The notes: generated by a model from the sequence alone, not told the origin. Shown: positions 36,437-50,428, numbered from the whole stretch's first letter. The stretch: DNA of 63,561 nucleotides, filler included, from Choristocarpus tenellus KU-1152 (GCA_964200185.2; 10 parts of 10 records of this genome joined end to end with filler, not necessarily neighbours in it); one strand, 5' to 3'. Numbers and translations: made by a program.

Positions 36437-39400
36437 CTAAGTGATAGGCCTACATAGAGGGTCCAGCCATGGTTCCAAGGAAGGTACAGGACCAACTCCT
36501 TGCTTCATAATTCCCTCTGAGGTCAGTCGACCAACCATGCCCTCAACTCCAACATGGTCAGTATCAGTGGGTTCATGCAAGGCAGCCTCCAGACAACGGC
36601 ATCCACATCCTGCAGGGCAAACCACGTGCTCCTCAAACCATCCCTTGTTTTTTCATGTGTGAGTTGTCATCAGGGCAAGAAGGGCAAATGCAGGTAAGCA
36701 GTACTATCAATAATACAGTGTTCATCAACATAAATCAACACCAATACACTAGTGTACATCATGTAGGTGTACAAAAACGGTTCATATCTTGAGTGGAAAA
36801 ATGTACATAATAAACTGACCAATCACATCATGGTCCTTTAACTATTGTATCAGTATGTATTTCCATAGGCAGCAGTCTATAAAAGCACACTTGAGGTGAG
36901 GAATATAAGGGTACAGGTGAAGGAAGACATCAAGGTAGTTGTACAGTGAAACAATAATGTGAAATCACCAACCTGGATATGTGCGGCATGTCCCCCATGT
37001 CCACAAGAATTGCAGAAAATTGATATACGCCTCACTGGGACCTGGCAAACTGAACAGCACATGACTACATTCTGGGACGAAGCACCACCTCCTTGGGTTG
37101 AATCACTGCAAGAACTGCCAAAACGGGCCAACAACATCTGCCATAAGATGGGAGAAATCAGTGGATCAGGAAGAGATTCCCCACAGCTTGATGGCACATG
37201 GATGAACATTTCAGTATACCTGTAGTTACAGATTGATTTCTCAATTTTTTTGTTCTGGGTGGCCTAAAATTTACACAAATTCCAAATAGTGTCACATAAA
37301 TCCAAGAAATCTCAACTCTTGTTACAATATCTTTGGTCAAGCACTACCAAAAAGTGAGACCCGTTGTTTCTGAGGGTATGAGATATAAATTGAAAAACTT
37401 TAGCTCTCATCAATCCCTTCTGTGTGAACCTGTCCTGATAATTATGCTTGTGGGGGTTGAAGTTTCTCTATCTCAAAGAGTGAGGTTGTACAATGACTAG
37501 GCAGGACAGCAACAGCTTTACAGTCATGTTTCATGTTCCATTTTGATGGTTTGTAAAGCATTCTAGTTATCAAAAACTGAATTGAAACATTTAATCTCTA
37601 GAAAACCTTAGTATAATAATAAAATAGTATATAGTAAAATAGTGCAACAGTTGTATTAGTAGCACACTAGTAGGCAGTGCACCACTTAGAAGCTGGAGAT
37701 TGTCTCAACTGACTTTACAGTTTTTTCAGAAATTTTCCATTTTCGAGTTTTCTGTGATGAGGGAAGGCTAATGATAATAATAATAATAATAATAATAGTG
37801 ATAATATTACAGGACTAAAATAAAAGAGAGAATGTATGATCATACTCCCTAGTCTCATCTATCAATCAATATATCAATACATCAAGGATGTAGGAATATC
37901 AGTAGGAGGTTGTGAGTGGTTGGCAGGTAGGGATGATCTCTACTTACCACTGACACCCCTATCCCACATGAATACATAAAAAAGCTAAATAAATTATATG
38001 TAAGTAAACCAGCCAAAAAAATCTCAATGAACTCGAATATGATCAAAATCAAAACATGCACACAACACAGGAATCAATTCAAATTGATAACTCTACAACC
38101 AGACCGTACAGAACTCATCCGTCTTGAAATGTAACTGATCAAGATTTGCCTCTCAATTTTCAGTTTCAATAAATGTGATTCAATCGAATTGTAGCAATTC
38201 ACAACACTGCATCAAATAGTGTCTACAAGAAATATAAACGGTCTAGGAATCTGCTCATGGAAAGTAGAATTCGGCATGGCACTTTGACATGTGTAGACGT
38301 CACATTATTGGTAGACATGTGTACAGGTGTGACTGCAGCCTGCAATATCCACTGCACTAGGTGTACTCATGAGCAATGAACATTGTCAACGTAGTGGAGA
38401 ATGTTTTCCCCTGTAAATTCTAGAAGGCCTATAGTTAGCTATCAATCTGCACAAAAACAGAACATTTCATATTATTTCTAACATCTCTAACAAAAATCAT
38501 CAGAGGAACACAAATAAGAACAGGATTAAGAACAATAGGGGAAGGAAGTAGAGTTGGCATACCTTTCTGCCATACTCAATAGATTCATCCCCTAGTTTAG
38601 GAGTGTCAGTGAGGAAGATACATGCAGCTCTACTCATTGCACTTGAACATCTTGAATCTTCAATTCCAATACTCCTCTTGGGTATATAGGGCACATACAT
38701 ATCAAACAACCTTCTACATATTATGGAGGTGTTACACAATCTAGTACATCTCAATGTGAACTGAACCAACAGGGTAATTCATGATCAAACTGGAAACTGC
38801 AGAAGCAATGTCAGTTGAGATTGAGTCCAAGTGACAAACATTGCAAAACAGGGACAGCACCAACCTGTAAATGAGTGATACGTGAACCCCCCCCACAAGA
38901 ACTGCAGTACATTGTCTCTCCATACACCGGGCAAGAGCATTGCCCAACTTCCTTGCAAGCATTTTCCAAACGTGGGGCTGGCAATCTAGACTGAGTGACT
39001 GTCCCATCTGTTCTTATCTGTTGCAGAGAGTCAAAGGTACCAATTTGCAATCTCCACTGAGAGGTCCTTGTCACATGTGTTGCACAGTAGAGTATTAATA
39101 ACCCCAGAATGTGCTATACATTGTTTTACTATTTGAATTTCACCAATACTGCACTGTACTGTACACAATTTCAAAAAAGTTCATTTGTCTCCCTGTTCAA
39201 TGTGGTCATACACTCAAAGACAGAGATCTGTCCCCTGTAATAGGATGCGTTTGAAGGATACAATCATACAGTAATGATCACATATTCTTTTTATCTTTTG
39301 GAACTCCATGCGTACCCACAACACCATCAAGTCAGGTAGGGACAGGTGAATATTACAACCAAGACCTCTATGTTGTTCATTATAATAATCATATTTTGAG

Positions 39401-42002
39401 ATGCCTACAAGCTTTAGATAGGATTATTGTTGTATCCTATTCATGGGTAGGGTTAAAAGAATCATACAAACCACAACAAGGAGGGCAATACAACACTTTA
39501 CAACACATTTCAGTAAGATATACAATACCTACTGGGGAAAGGAGGACCATTCTAACTCCACAATTATCACTACGGGTTGTCAACGGCTCATCCCTGACCT
39601 GTTTTCCAGTGGAGGTAGAGTTGTCCCCTGTCTCAATCGTTGAATGACTTTCAACTGGCGGTTTTCGAATCCGTTCTCCTTGACTACGCCTAGGTAAATG
39701 CTGCAGCACCTCCAGTCTGACATTGTAGGCTCCCCAAGAGTAGAGCAGATCTGCATAGGAAGTTAGGTATCGATCAAACCGCATTGAGGTCTTCCTGTCA
39801 ACTGTCAGCAGTTGACCTCTCCCCTCCCACCCTTGACTGTCACCCTCCCTCGTTTCACCCTGACAAGGTGTTGATGGCTTTGCTGACTGCTGTGAAGTTG
39901 AAGTTGGAGTTGAAGTTGAACCATTGACGCTGAGAGTTGTTGGCAAAGTTGTCATACATGTCACTATTGGATCCAATCCTGAACCTAGCACACATGTCAC
40001 TGTTGCCAAAGTTTGCACATCCCATTGTTTGTCATAGTGGTGTAGTATCTTATTGACCAATCGCTTACTGCGGGCTTGTCTTACCCTCTCTCCCTTCTTA
40101 GATGACAAGCAACCAGCGTACCTAGAGAACAATCCCAGAAAGCAGTCAAGGTGTCAAGCAAGGTTCAAGACAGGAGTAGGTCTTACACATTAGACACATT
40201 AGACATTCAATATCTCTCATTTACACCCATAGATCATCCACCATTGGTAATGTGTAACACCATACATAGCAGTACAATAGAGATGAGATGAGATGAGATG
40301 AGGTGAGGTGAGGTGAGGTGACAAGAGGAATGAGGCAGCAGACAGCTAGTACACACTTGAGTAATAGTAAACCAATAGTAAACCCAACCAATTCAGACAC
40401 AAAACAGTAAAAAAACAGAGGGATAAATACCAACTTTTAAACGTACAATTCCATACCATACCATACCATACCTCTGTGCCTGTCCTGAACTAAGTTGGTC
40501 CATTCTGGTTTGCTCTCCCTCCAATATTAAATATTCTGTGTCATCAGCAATCTCAGCCAGTAATGTCCATGTTCTGTTCATTGTGTTTGAGTAATTATTA
40601 AAAAAAAATTATATCATCAAAACAGTCGGTAATATGTGGAGTCAATCTATGATACTTCCAAACATTGGCAAGACTAAATCCAAGATATTCGCAATTCAAG
40701 TACTACTTAAGTAGTATTTTAGAAAGTAGCTTGTAAAACCCAAAGTCCACCAGTTTTGTACCTTGTAGAATGATCAAACAACTGGGAACAGGCATGAATA
40801 TCATTATTATTATTATTATTATTACAATAACAATAAAACTGAAACCAGGTCAACATCAGGTTTATGTCCTAAGAAATAGCTGAGTGGAAAATAATGAAAA
40901 AAATAAAATAATGGTAAGGCGATGGAAGGAGTAACACACAAAGAGAGAGAGAGAGAGAGAGACAGGGACAGACAGAGAGAGGAGAAAGAAAGGTATGCCA
41001 ACACTCCCATCAGATATACTAGTTTTCATTCCTCATCAGTCAATCAGTAGGTTCAATCTTAGCTGTATTTGCTTGCACATACTATACTACTGGGTGGTTT
41101 GTTTTGAGAGCCAAATCAGCAAAGGATACGTTCCCTTCAATTGAAAGGACTTGATGAGGACACATCTAAGCAAGAATGAATCCACCTACATGCTGAGGAC
41201 AAGAGCAATTGTAAACAGTGACAAAGAATAAAATGGAAATTAAATTAAATAAATCCACTACCATAGCAATAGGCAAGTCTCAAATGAATAAAGTCTTGAG
41301 ATGTTCATTGAAACTTCCCTAGTAAGTATTGTATCATTTGGGTAGGTAACTCACAGAGCTAGCTTCCCTTTCTTGGCAGCCAGTGCAGCAGCTGCTTTTG
41401 AATTGTGCCTGCATAAATTTCCTATTCTTGATGCATGCTGCATCCCAGAACTTCCCTTTTCTCCAAGGCTGTATCTACGTGTGGCACCATTCCCCCCACT
41501 CCCTGATAGAGGATGCCCAATAGTTGTCATTGAAGCATATGGGGTGGTTCCCTCCACAGCTGGGTCCAGCCTTGGAAGCATGTCATTTTCATTATTTTGT
41601 GGTGACAATTGCAAAGTAGATAGAATAACCCATCATTAGTGGTGGTTTTAACAGTAAATGTATACATTACCATACATTATGATTAGTAATAGCGGAATTA
41701 GTATAATGGTTAGTAAACTGTAGACAGGAAACGGCCATCTCATACATACCTCCCAGAGAAAACACTACACTATCACTAATAATACAAAGAGTCTGCTCTC
41801 TTTATATATATCAGTACTTCTATTTTACCTATCACAAAAGTGTTTATGAAAATCACAACAGGGGTGACTAACCGGTTATACAATGCCATTGGGGGGCCCT
41901 GCTGCTGAGCACTTCCCCCTGAAGCAGAATTTGCAAAATAAGCCACAGGAGATTGCTGACTCAAGGGACCAGATCTTCCACCTTGGAATGTAGAGAATGC
42001 CC
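36437..42002 (-). CDS. WDR59: GATOR2/SEA complex subunit WDR59 (Sea3)-like, 3' part; exons approx. 42002-41874, ~41630-41355, ~40575-40472, ~40121-39600, ~39075-38865, ~38760-38562, ~37220-36973, 36643-36437
   Basis: LCRHNSKAA; LVNKILHHY...DVQTLATVTCVL; YADLLYSWG...RLEVLQHL; C-terminal RING CSVCQVPVRRISIFCNSCGHGGHAAHIQ|GWFEEHVVCPAGCGCRC. Confidence 0.85.
40279..40321. repeat. Compound pentanucleotide microsatellite (GAGAT)n(GAGGT)n
   Basis: Read directly. Confidence 0.85.
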
Positions 42003-42023
42003 TGGGAACACAAGAAGCACATG

Positions 42024-42128
42024 CAAGATAGATTTCATGCAAGATAGATTTCATCCAAGGTAGATTTCATCCAAGATAGATTTCTTTCAAGATAGATTTC
42101 GTTCAAGATAGATTTCATCCAAGATAGC
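42024..42128. repeat. 15-bp minisatellite (CAAGATAGATTTCAT) x ~7
   Basis: Read directly; intronic, just upstream of a WDR59 acceptor. Confidence 0.9.
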
Positions 42129-42457
42129 ATACAAACTGTATCTCACAGTATCTTCACAACTCAGTGTGACCCACATCTTCTCATCAAAAGAACATTTCCT
42201 TCAAAGGGAAACACATAATACACCTACAAAAGCTTGGCTGCACACATTGAACATACACCTACATTATAACTGCCCACTCACCTTTCCTCTCCCACATTCT
42301 CCATACCCCCCCCCTGACCAAGCCCCCAGCTCCCCCCCCCTGATCCATCCCACCTCCNNNNNNNNNNNNNNNNNNNNNNNNNNNNNNNNNNNNNNNNNNN
42401 NTTAATTAATTAANNNNNNNNNNNNNNNNNNNNNNNNNNNNNNNNNNNNNNNNNNNN

Positions 42458-42479
42458 CCCCCCCCCCCCCCAGATACTG
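42458..42479 (+). mobile_element. MITE family B right-end fragment at contig start
   Basis: Poly-C then CAGATACT. Confidence 0.45.
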
Positions 42480-42908
42480 AAATTGCAAGTAAAATAGAGC
42501 AGGATATTGTCATTGAAATTGCCTTTCTGGTAAGATGTGCCAAGTCACACAACCACTCGGTCTTATTCATTTGTTGGGCCAAAAGTACATATCTCATCTG
42601 CAAACGCACACCTCCTCCTTCCAGCTCACTCTCCACCTGCCTGAGGTCAGAAGTACCCCAATTCAACCACCTTAATGATTAGCAGGCCTATGCAGCACAA
42701 CTCCCTGTCCTCCATCACACGACCTGCCGGAATGATTTATGATTCCCACTTGCATGTATTTTTGGAAGTGGATGAAACAATACCAGTACTGACAGATGAG
42801 AACCAGAAAAACTTTATCATACTTGCCATCCCCCTCCTGCTACTCCTAAACCTGATTTTTCCCAAACCCTCCTGTCGTTCCACCTGATGTACCCCAGCTG
42901 CTTGAGCC

Positions 42909-43503
42909 CTAATCCTCATCCACACTTATGGTTGCAGGTGGAGAGGTAACTTGGTGTTCATTAGTGACCTCCTCAAGGGCAGAATGGTCATATTCTTGGG
43001 ACCCTGTTGACAGGTACTTTGACATCCAACAGGACCTCCAAGCTTGAATTGTGCGCCTGTGTTTGGTGTAGGATAATTGGAAAATGAAGAGAGATTTCCC
43101 TACCTATTTGAGTGTTAGATGTGAGGTTGAGAGCTAATGGACTCTGAGGTAGGAAGTGAGCAGTCGGGGTAGCAGTAGCTATAGGGGTTGGAAGGGGCAA
43201 TGGAGTAGCGCGCACACAAGTTACTTGTACTTAGTCTAGTCTTCATACACCCATGCACATGCATGCACGAATATACGAGCAGGCACATTCTTGCACATGT
43301 CTACAGGGACATCAACTGGTTATGAAGTGGGCTCTAGCAACATGCAGGATGGTGTATGTTACCTGAGAAGTACTCTTCTACTGTGTTCAGAGGCAGTGCA
43401 CATCTTGATCCCTGTTAGAATTCCTCCATGGGTTCGAAGGACACTGATCTCTGTTGCTAGCATACGTTGACTGGCCCACAGTTTAGCAACATTCAATGCG
43501 CTC
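42909..43503 (-). CDS. Last two exons (43503-43363, 43056-42909) of an unknown protein with an Sfi1-like repeat
   Basis: Phase-2 GT-AG join gives ...EHSRRVLLR|RTIQAWRSCW...SVDED*; the LL....W[RK] pattern resembles centrin-binding Sfi1 repeats. Confidence 0.45.
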
Positions 43504-44029
43504 CTGTGAGATCCCCCTCAGCCCAAAGCCAAGATATTGTAAACAAATCACACGTAACACAAACACAAACACACACACACACACACACAAACATTAAGAT
43601 GAGCACAAAGGAGGGATAAGGCGGAAGTGCACAATTGGGGGGCCGTCAGGAGCTGAGTAAGAACAAGAGTGCTGGGTGCAGAGAGGCAGTCATTTAATTA
43701 CTCATATCCCCTGGTATTATGGATGCCCACATTCTCTTCAGGGTATGTGCACAAATCGTGTTACTTCAATCGTACTCAACACTTTTTTTTAAACGAGTAT
43801 TGGAATCACTGAATTGACGGCTTCAATTTGTTAGCATGCTCTCATTGGTGGGGACTACAAGGACAACAACCTTCCCGCTTCATTACTGTCACACTATTGG
43901 TTATGGTTGGATTAGGTTTAAGGCCCTTATCTACTTTGGAGAATTGGTCAATGTCTTGTCGCTTCATACATTGCAATGGTAATGGTCAAAATAATGCTTC
44001 AGTCCAATCTGAACTCGATAGAGACCCAA

Positions 44030-44960
44030 GGGGGTGGCATTTTACCTGTCTTTAACATATTTTCCACAACTCCTGGTTCAATTTGGCTTAGTTTGGAGAT
44101 AAGGGGGCAACATCTTGATGCTTAAAGGCGTTGAAACAGTTTTGGTTAAACTAGATATCTTTAGGTAGGTGGAAGCAGCAAGTTTCCACTCTAGGTTATC
44201 AACAACTTCTGTTCAGCTTGAACTTTAAACTGTATGGGCTACCGGGAGAGAAGGTTGTAGCATTTGCGTTGTTGGTGCCAGTTCCTGTTAAATCAGCACC
44301 TGTGTGGAAAACTGGGGTAAATATGTTCCACTTTAGCATTTGTCACAGATTCTGTTCGGTCTGAATTACCCCAGGGCTGTGAGGGAAATATCTTGCTGCG
44401 CATCACCATTAGCCACTTAGTTTTGGAAATAGTTGTTTGGAGCTACAGGGGCAATATTTTGCTGATCAATTTTAGCAATAAATGTCGGTTTTGCTTGGAT
44501 TAGTTTGGGGCAATAGGGGCAGCATCTTGGCGCTATATCATTTGCAACGGATCATGTTCAACCTGAAGTTGCTGAGAGATCATGACATCGGCAATTGCCA
44601 CTTATTTGCCGCAATTTCGATCCAACTGAGATTAGCCTTTTGAAGAAAAACACATACAGGGGCAATAGCTTGTCATACCAAAACCTGCACTATAAATTCT
44701 TGAGCTGGATCGTAGTTAGGCTGTGGTGGTAGCGTATTGCTGAGTAATTGTTACTATTTGCAATGGTGCAGTTGAGGAAGGAATGACTTGGTGTAATAAG
44801 GGCAACCTCTCGTTGCGGTCAATATTTGAAAAAATTCGATTAGTCATGGATCTGTGGTTTGAAAAATGTTCAACGTTTGGTTGCTTTAGTGTTTGAGACT
44901 ACTAGCTCAATTCAGCTTTAAATCTGTTTCGCAATATATTGGCAATATTTTGCTTTAGGA
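44030..44960. repeat. Highly diverged tandem repeat (~65-70 bp period)
   Basis: GGGGCAA(C/T)ATCTTGCT-like motif recurs at ~44103, 44382, 44447, 44516, 44658, 44800 and 44941. Confidence 0.5.
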
Positions 44961-45164
44961 ACTCTTGATAGACGCTGTCCTTCATAATCTTCTCTGGTCA
45001 TTTTTTTCCCCTCAATCGGCGGTTAGAAAGCACTTCATCGTTGTCAGCTTGTAGGGTTCAATGAGGGTTAAGGCACAAGCTGGGGAAGGATAGTGGGTTA
45101 TCTTAATGGAAGCAACAATACTAAAGTCTCGGAATCCTATCCTGCCCCCTATCCTTACTCCAAA

Positions 45165-46675
45165 TGTCAAGATTATGCTTTAAGTTCAATTGGGAAAATA
45201 CTTGAAGCAATCATTTGTTACATAATTAGAGTGTCGTTGGATAACTGTTGGATAACTGGATAGTTGATAGTAATCTTTCTGTTGAGTGATCGAGCAGCGA
45301 TGGAGACTGAGAAGTGGCCCTTGTGGAAAGGAACCATTGACGAAGAAGTGGATGGTGTGGACAGCAGGGGAATGTGGATTCAAGTACCTCGTCCCACTGA
45401 TGGCCACAAGGTACTTGGGACAAATATGGTTTTCAACTGAGGCAGATGGATGGCAAAGGGAGAGTGCAGAGGTCCAAGGCGGGACTAGGATTGCTGGAAG
45501 GGGAAGCTTTGCTGGAGCTGGCCTTGGAACAGTCTGAGGCAGATCCATGTTTGTGGTTGGTGAGGTTGTGATGATCACGATTGTTCATGTGGATGACATG
45601 CTGATGATAGAGAAGCCAGGGGCTGGCTATGCTGTGGTTGTCATTGAGGGACTTGATAAGAAGTTCCCGATGGTGAACTTAGGTGAGGTGACCAAATTCA
45701 TGGGATGCAGGATCAGGAGAAACTGGAAAACTGGGACACTTGTGGTGGACCAGAGCTTGAACATCGGAGAGTCGACTGAAAGACATGGTATTGGCACGAC
45801 TTACGAGCTAAGGTCCATCATAAAGAGGGAGGAGGAGGAGGGGCCTGTTCCAGATGACTACAGTTCTATGGTTGGTGGTATACAATGGGCTGCTATCATG
45901 ACTAGACCAGATGTGTCTTTTGCGGCTAGATAGTTGGCATCTTGTGTGGAGAATCCAAGGTTGTCTGATTGGTTGGATGCTAAGAGAGTAATTGGGTATC
46001 TGTTAGGTACTAGAGAACATGGCATTACCTTTGGAGATTTTGGATTGTATGGGAATGGACCAAGGGATCAGTTAATTGGCTATACAGATGCTGATTATGC
46101 AAACTGCAAGGACAGTAGAATGTGTATTTCTGGTGGCATTGTGATCTTTGGGGGAGGATGTGTTGACTGGTGGTCAAGGATACAGAAAACGGTTACACTG
46201 TCTACTGCTGAGGCAGAGTATGTTGCACTGTGTGAGTTGGGGAAGGAGGTTATGTTCCTCAAGCAGTCCACATGTTCATGCAACCACACTGTAAGGATTA
46301 CTCTGTATCAGTGTTTGAGGGTAACGATGATGCAATTAAGATTGCGCAGAAGGCAGTATCCGGTGGAAGAACTAACAATTAGATATTAGGTACCATTATG
46401 TACGATAGCTAGAGAGGGAAAGGAAAGTGAAGATTGGATATGTACCTAAGAAATTCCAACATGCAGATCTTTTTACGAAGGTTTTGTCTAAGGAATTGTT
46501 CGATAGGCACACAGGTATCATTATGGGTACTGTGTGATGTGATGTGTTATGTTAGATGATTGTTTGAAGTTCCACAAGAAGTTCAAAGCAGGAGAATATT
46601 TCTAGATTATGCTTTAAATTCAATTGGGAAAATAATTATGAAGGAAACAATCAGTTGTTAGATAATTAGAGTGTT
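45165..46675 (+). mobile_element. Decayed, internally deleted Ty1/copia LTR retrotransposon (RT C-half + RNase H)
   Basis: IVHVDDML, TRPDVSFA, GYTDADYA...SG, QKTVTLSTAEAEYVAL, HADLFTK, with stops and frameshifts. Direct repeat AGATTATGCTTTAA.TTCAATTGGGAAAATA at ~45169 and ~46604; the latter follows a purine tract. Confidence 0.9.
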
Positions 46676-46742
46676 GACCCAAAGTATCTGGGAGGGGAGG
46701 GGGGGGTCTACACAAGGGTATCCATTTGGACCAAAATCAGGA
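46676..46742 (-). mobile_element. MITE family B fragment inserted in the copia 3' LTR, truncated by contig end
   Basis: GACCCAAAGTATCTGGG...GTCTACAC...TATCCATTTGG is the reverse complement of the B right end. Confidence 0.8.
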
Positions 46743-48289
46743 NNNNNNNNNNNNNNNNNNNNNNNNNNNNNNNNNNNNNNNNNNNNTTAATTAATTAANN
46801 NNNNNNNNNNNNNNNNNNNNNNNNNNNNNNNNNNNNNNNNNNAGGGACGGTCACACCTTGCAAGCCTGATGGGTAGGTAGAGAGGGGTGGGGGGGGGGGA
46901 AGCAGTGTGATTGGCCACAGAACTTACCCTTTGTGGGTTTAAAGCCCTTTGCATTTAGAGACCCCAATCAAAAAGAGTGCTGTTTCCTGTTCATTTTCAT
47001 TGCAAACATGTTCAAACACACAAGCCCAACCAACCTTCATTTGTCCTCCCTCTGGTAATACAATGCATACAACTGATTGCTCTCGGAATGGCGGTTGCTT
47101 CTTAGTTGATGTCCAAGCCTGCGGGCATCTACTATGAGCTTTGGCAGGCACAGATTGCACATGGTGTCAATAGCCTTGATAAAGATGCTGATGATGGGAG
47201 CGCCAATCATGACGATGGTAGTAACTATGGCGGATGAAATGATGACCCAAATGAAACGGCAGCCTCTGGGGTGGAGTCATTTGAGTTACTTGGGTGACTA
47301 CAATATTTTTGATTGCGCAATTGGAGGTTGGACAAAGGCATGTATCCTGTAGGCCCCAGGGTCATAGCCTTTGTCTTGTTTTTCATTAGACAGAGGATGC
47401 CTCGGAATCATACATGGTGGGAAGGACACCAATTGGGTTGATCTGTGCTACCTCTCGCGGTGTTTTCTAATGGTTGTGTCTATTAGCTGGTGTTTCTGGT
47501 GAACTAACATACAGCTATAGAGATAAGGGTTAGGGTTAGGGGGGGGAGGATTGAATGTGATTGTGCTGTTGCGTTGATTTGCATGGTTGTTCTTTCTTTG
47601 TACCCTCATTCATATTTTGACTGCATGGCATTGTTGATAGTACAGTTTGTTGCTGCCAAGATACACAAGTCAATTTAATCTACCAAACTTACCCACAAAC
47701 ACAGTTGCGATTGAGTTGTGGGGCCCTTTTAAGAGACTAGTTTCATTGTTGTTCAAAAGTGGAGACCATGCAAGAGTGAACTATGTGACGTTTGTGGTTC
47801 AAAGAAGGGTGAAACCAAAACCTCATTTGAAATCCCTGGTCACAGCCCTTCCAGTCACACATTAGGTACACGCACTGGTGAAAGGATGTCTGATTTTCTC
47901 GAAAAAAAAAATCCAACAATGAGTAAAAGGACATTACAAACCTGCTTCAAGTTAGCAAGAATGCCTCCTTGATGCACGGCAACATCAAGCGAGTTGCCAA
48001 GATATTTGAGAGCTTTTACTCAGACCATCTCAAGACTTTTGAAGGGCTAGTAGCCTAGCCCCAAAATGATGCTGGAGTTGTGGATCCTGACATTGGTATG
48101 CAGGGGAAAGGGAGTTCTGGTCACAAAGGTATCAATGCCAATGACCTACTCCCAGTATGATGATATGCGAAAAAAAGAATCATTAAAATACCGCGTGACA
48201 CAGTTCGTCTTCATGGCTAAGGTGAGTATCCCGCTGTCCACCCAGTATGGCAACATAGAAGAAGCTTGGTTTTAGGTAATGCTCAATCT

Positions 48290-48570
48290 ACCTTGAAACA
48301 CTGTTTTCGGATGAGTACCAAGTTACAAAAACTGAGGCAGACAATGTGTTGGATCACTGATAAACCTGGAGACTCGAAGAGCTTCATCAGTTTAAAGACT
48401 TGCGTTCATGTGGATGAGAGATGATTTTTCATCTGCGAGAATGATGAGCCTCTTGCCCACAAGGTGCAGACATTACCAAGGTGTTTGTCGTGACTGTCGC
48501 TCACCCAAAGGTTTGATACCGTGAACACGAGCAATACTGATGAGAAAGTTGGCATCATCTCGCTCGCTGA
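48290..48570 (+). pseudogene. Tc1/mariner (DD39D-like) transposase remnant
   Basis: CVHVDER*FF, ITKVFVVTVAHP and DEKVGI match VHVDEKWF / ITKVMFLAAVARP / DGKIGI. Confidence 0.65.
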
Positions 48571-49099
48571 GAGAGTCGTGCATGCTTGCCTACTTGAACT
48601 ACAAAGTACTCTGAAGTACTATTTACATCCTATCTTTAGTCAAGACACCGCCTTGAATAATTTGAAGTATTGACCCAAACCTTCACTATTTTCTGACAAT
48701 CCAAATAGTGACAATATATTTTCCCCTATATTAGTACAAATATTGAAATTAACAGTCATGGAGGGGCAGTCTTCTGTCATTTGGGATGAGATGGAGCACA
48801 TCGTTTTCGAATCTTTTGCACGCTTTTTCTTAGAAACACCATTGGAGGACCCCCAAACCCCAAACAAAGTTCTTACGTGTGTATGATTCCTAGTTGCTGG
48901 GTATCTGGTATGAGCTTCCTGTCTGTCGCGGCAGAAAAGAGCCAGTTTATTGTTACTGTAATGCCCTCATTTACACAATGGCAAGCTGCATGATCTTCTC
49001 ACTTTTGCGTAACAGTACCCAGCAGAGATATCGTCTGGTGTTTCTTGCCTTTGCTTGCACCTCATCCCACATGTGGTGCAGTCAAACAAGTATCCAACA

Positions 49100-49379
49100 G
49101 GGATATTTTACTTGGCTTGTACTCAGTACCCTTAGCAACCGATGTTCGTTAGCAATCTAGCACTATTTGCCTCTTTGTTCACACTCACTGTTCCCAGTGC
49201 AATGAGGTCCCTCATGCCGTGCCAGCAAGTGGGTTTCTAGTCAATCACCACGATGAAGATAACTTTTGTGGTGTGCTTCATGCCACTTGAATCGGAAAAC
49301 GGGAGGGTGTCACTCAAGGTGTTCATAGATGAGGGCAAGGGCTTCCCTTCATTGGGCCTTCCAACACATGGAAAACGTT
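49100..49379 (-). pseudogene. Second, more decayed Tc1/mariner-like remnant in opposite orientation
   Basis: NVFHV, KHTTKVIFIVVID and GTVSVNKE fragments in the expected order. Confidence 0.35.
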
Positions 49380-49637
49380 GAGCCAAAGTATCTTAGAGGG
49401 TAGAGCCGCGTCCATTCCGGGGTCAAATTCCAATGTTCCGATTTTGATGTAATTTTGACTATCATGTTTTTGAGGAAGTGTCAATATCCTTGTTCCGGAC
49501 ACACCTTTTCATAACATGCAAATTTTACCTACTCCGAAACATATTGGAGTAGGAAAAAGTCATAAAACACCTGTGCAAAGCCAAGTCCCAAATGGACAAA
49601 CAGGGCAAAGCTCGTACCCTCTAAGATACTTTAACTC
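49380..49637 (-). mobile_element. MITE family A copy (reverse orientation)
   Basis: GAGCCAAAGTATCTTAGAGGGTAG...CTAAGATACTTTAACTC; flanks GTT/GTT. Confidence 0.92.
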
Positions 49638-50278
49638 GTTGGTGGTTGGAGCTGCGGCATCTAAGAAGGATAGAGGTTTTGATTGTGGCCTGCACTCTAG
49701 TCGTGTTGCTGTGTTCATACCTTTGCTGCAGATGATGATGTGGCAGAGACCCTCTTTTCTTCCTTTCCGGGGTGTCCCTCACGACATCTTCCTCTTGTAT
49801 GCTTGGCCCCAGCACCTCAAGCTGCAGAAGATTTCTTTACAGCTGGACAACAGAAGTGCACACTTGCAAAAACTATCATGGGCTATTACTGCCGACTTTC
49901 TATGACCAGGATAAGAGTACTGCAGAGAGCAATGCTGTGAGTGGGTAACATGGGAGGGCTGCACTGTGAGGGAAAGTGATGGGGAAGGTCCTCCAGTTTG
50001 TACCCACTGTGCTCTAGCAGATTTAGGAGGAAAGAAATAGTGGGAGGGGGGGAGGGGTGCCTGGGTATTCATTCCTATGGGTGGCTGTGCTGGAGGAAAA
50101 AGAGATGGAGAGCATCTGTCTCTAAGCACCCACAGTCCATGAGCAGCAGGAGGGGAAAAGGTACATGGGAACTATGTGTTCTGTGTGATAGGGGTGTGTC
50201 TGGGGACACTTCCAAGACAGAACATTTGCTCGATTTCGCCATCAACATTTTGTATGGTAATAGAATAGATCCCATTAA

Positions 50279-50428
50279 GGCTCAAAGTATCTGGGGAGGG
50301 TGGCGGCTGTCCATTTGGAGCTAAATTTTTCATTTCGCGATTGTTGGGTGATTTGGTTGCATACGTCGGATGGACAATGTAAATGCACTTTTCGTGATTT
50401 TGACCCAAATGGACACCCTGGTATAGAC
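50279..50428 (+). mobile_element. MITE family B copy, truncated by contig end just before the poly-C
   Basis: Colinear with 13556-13708. Confidence 0.85.
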
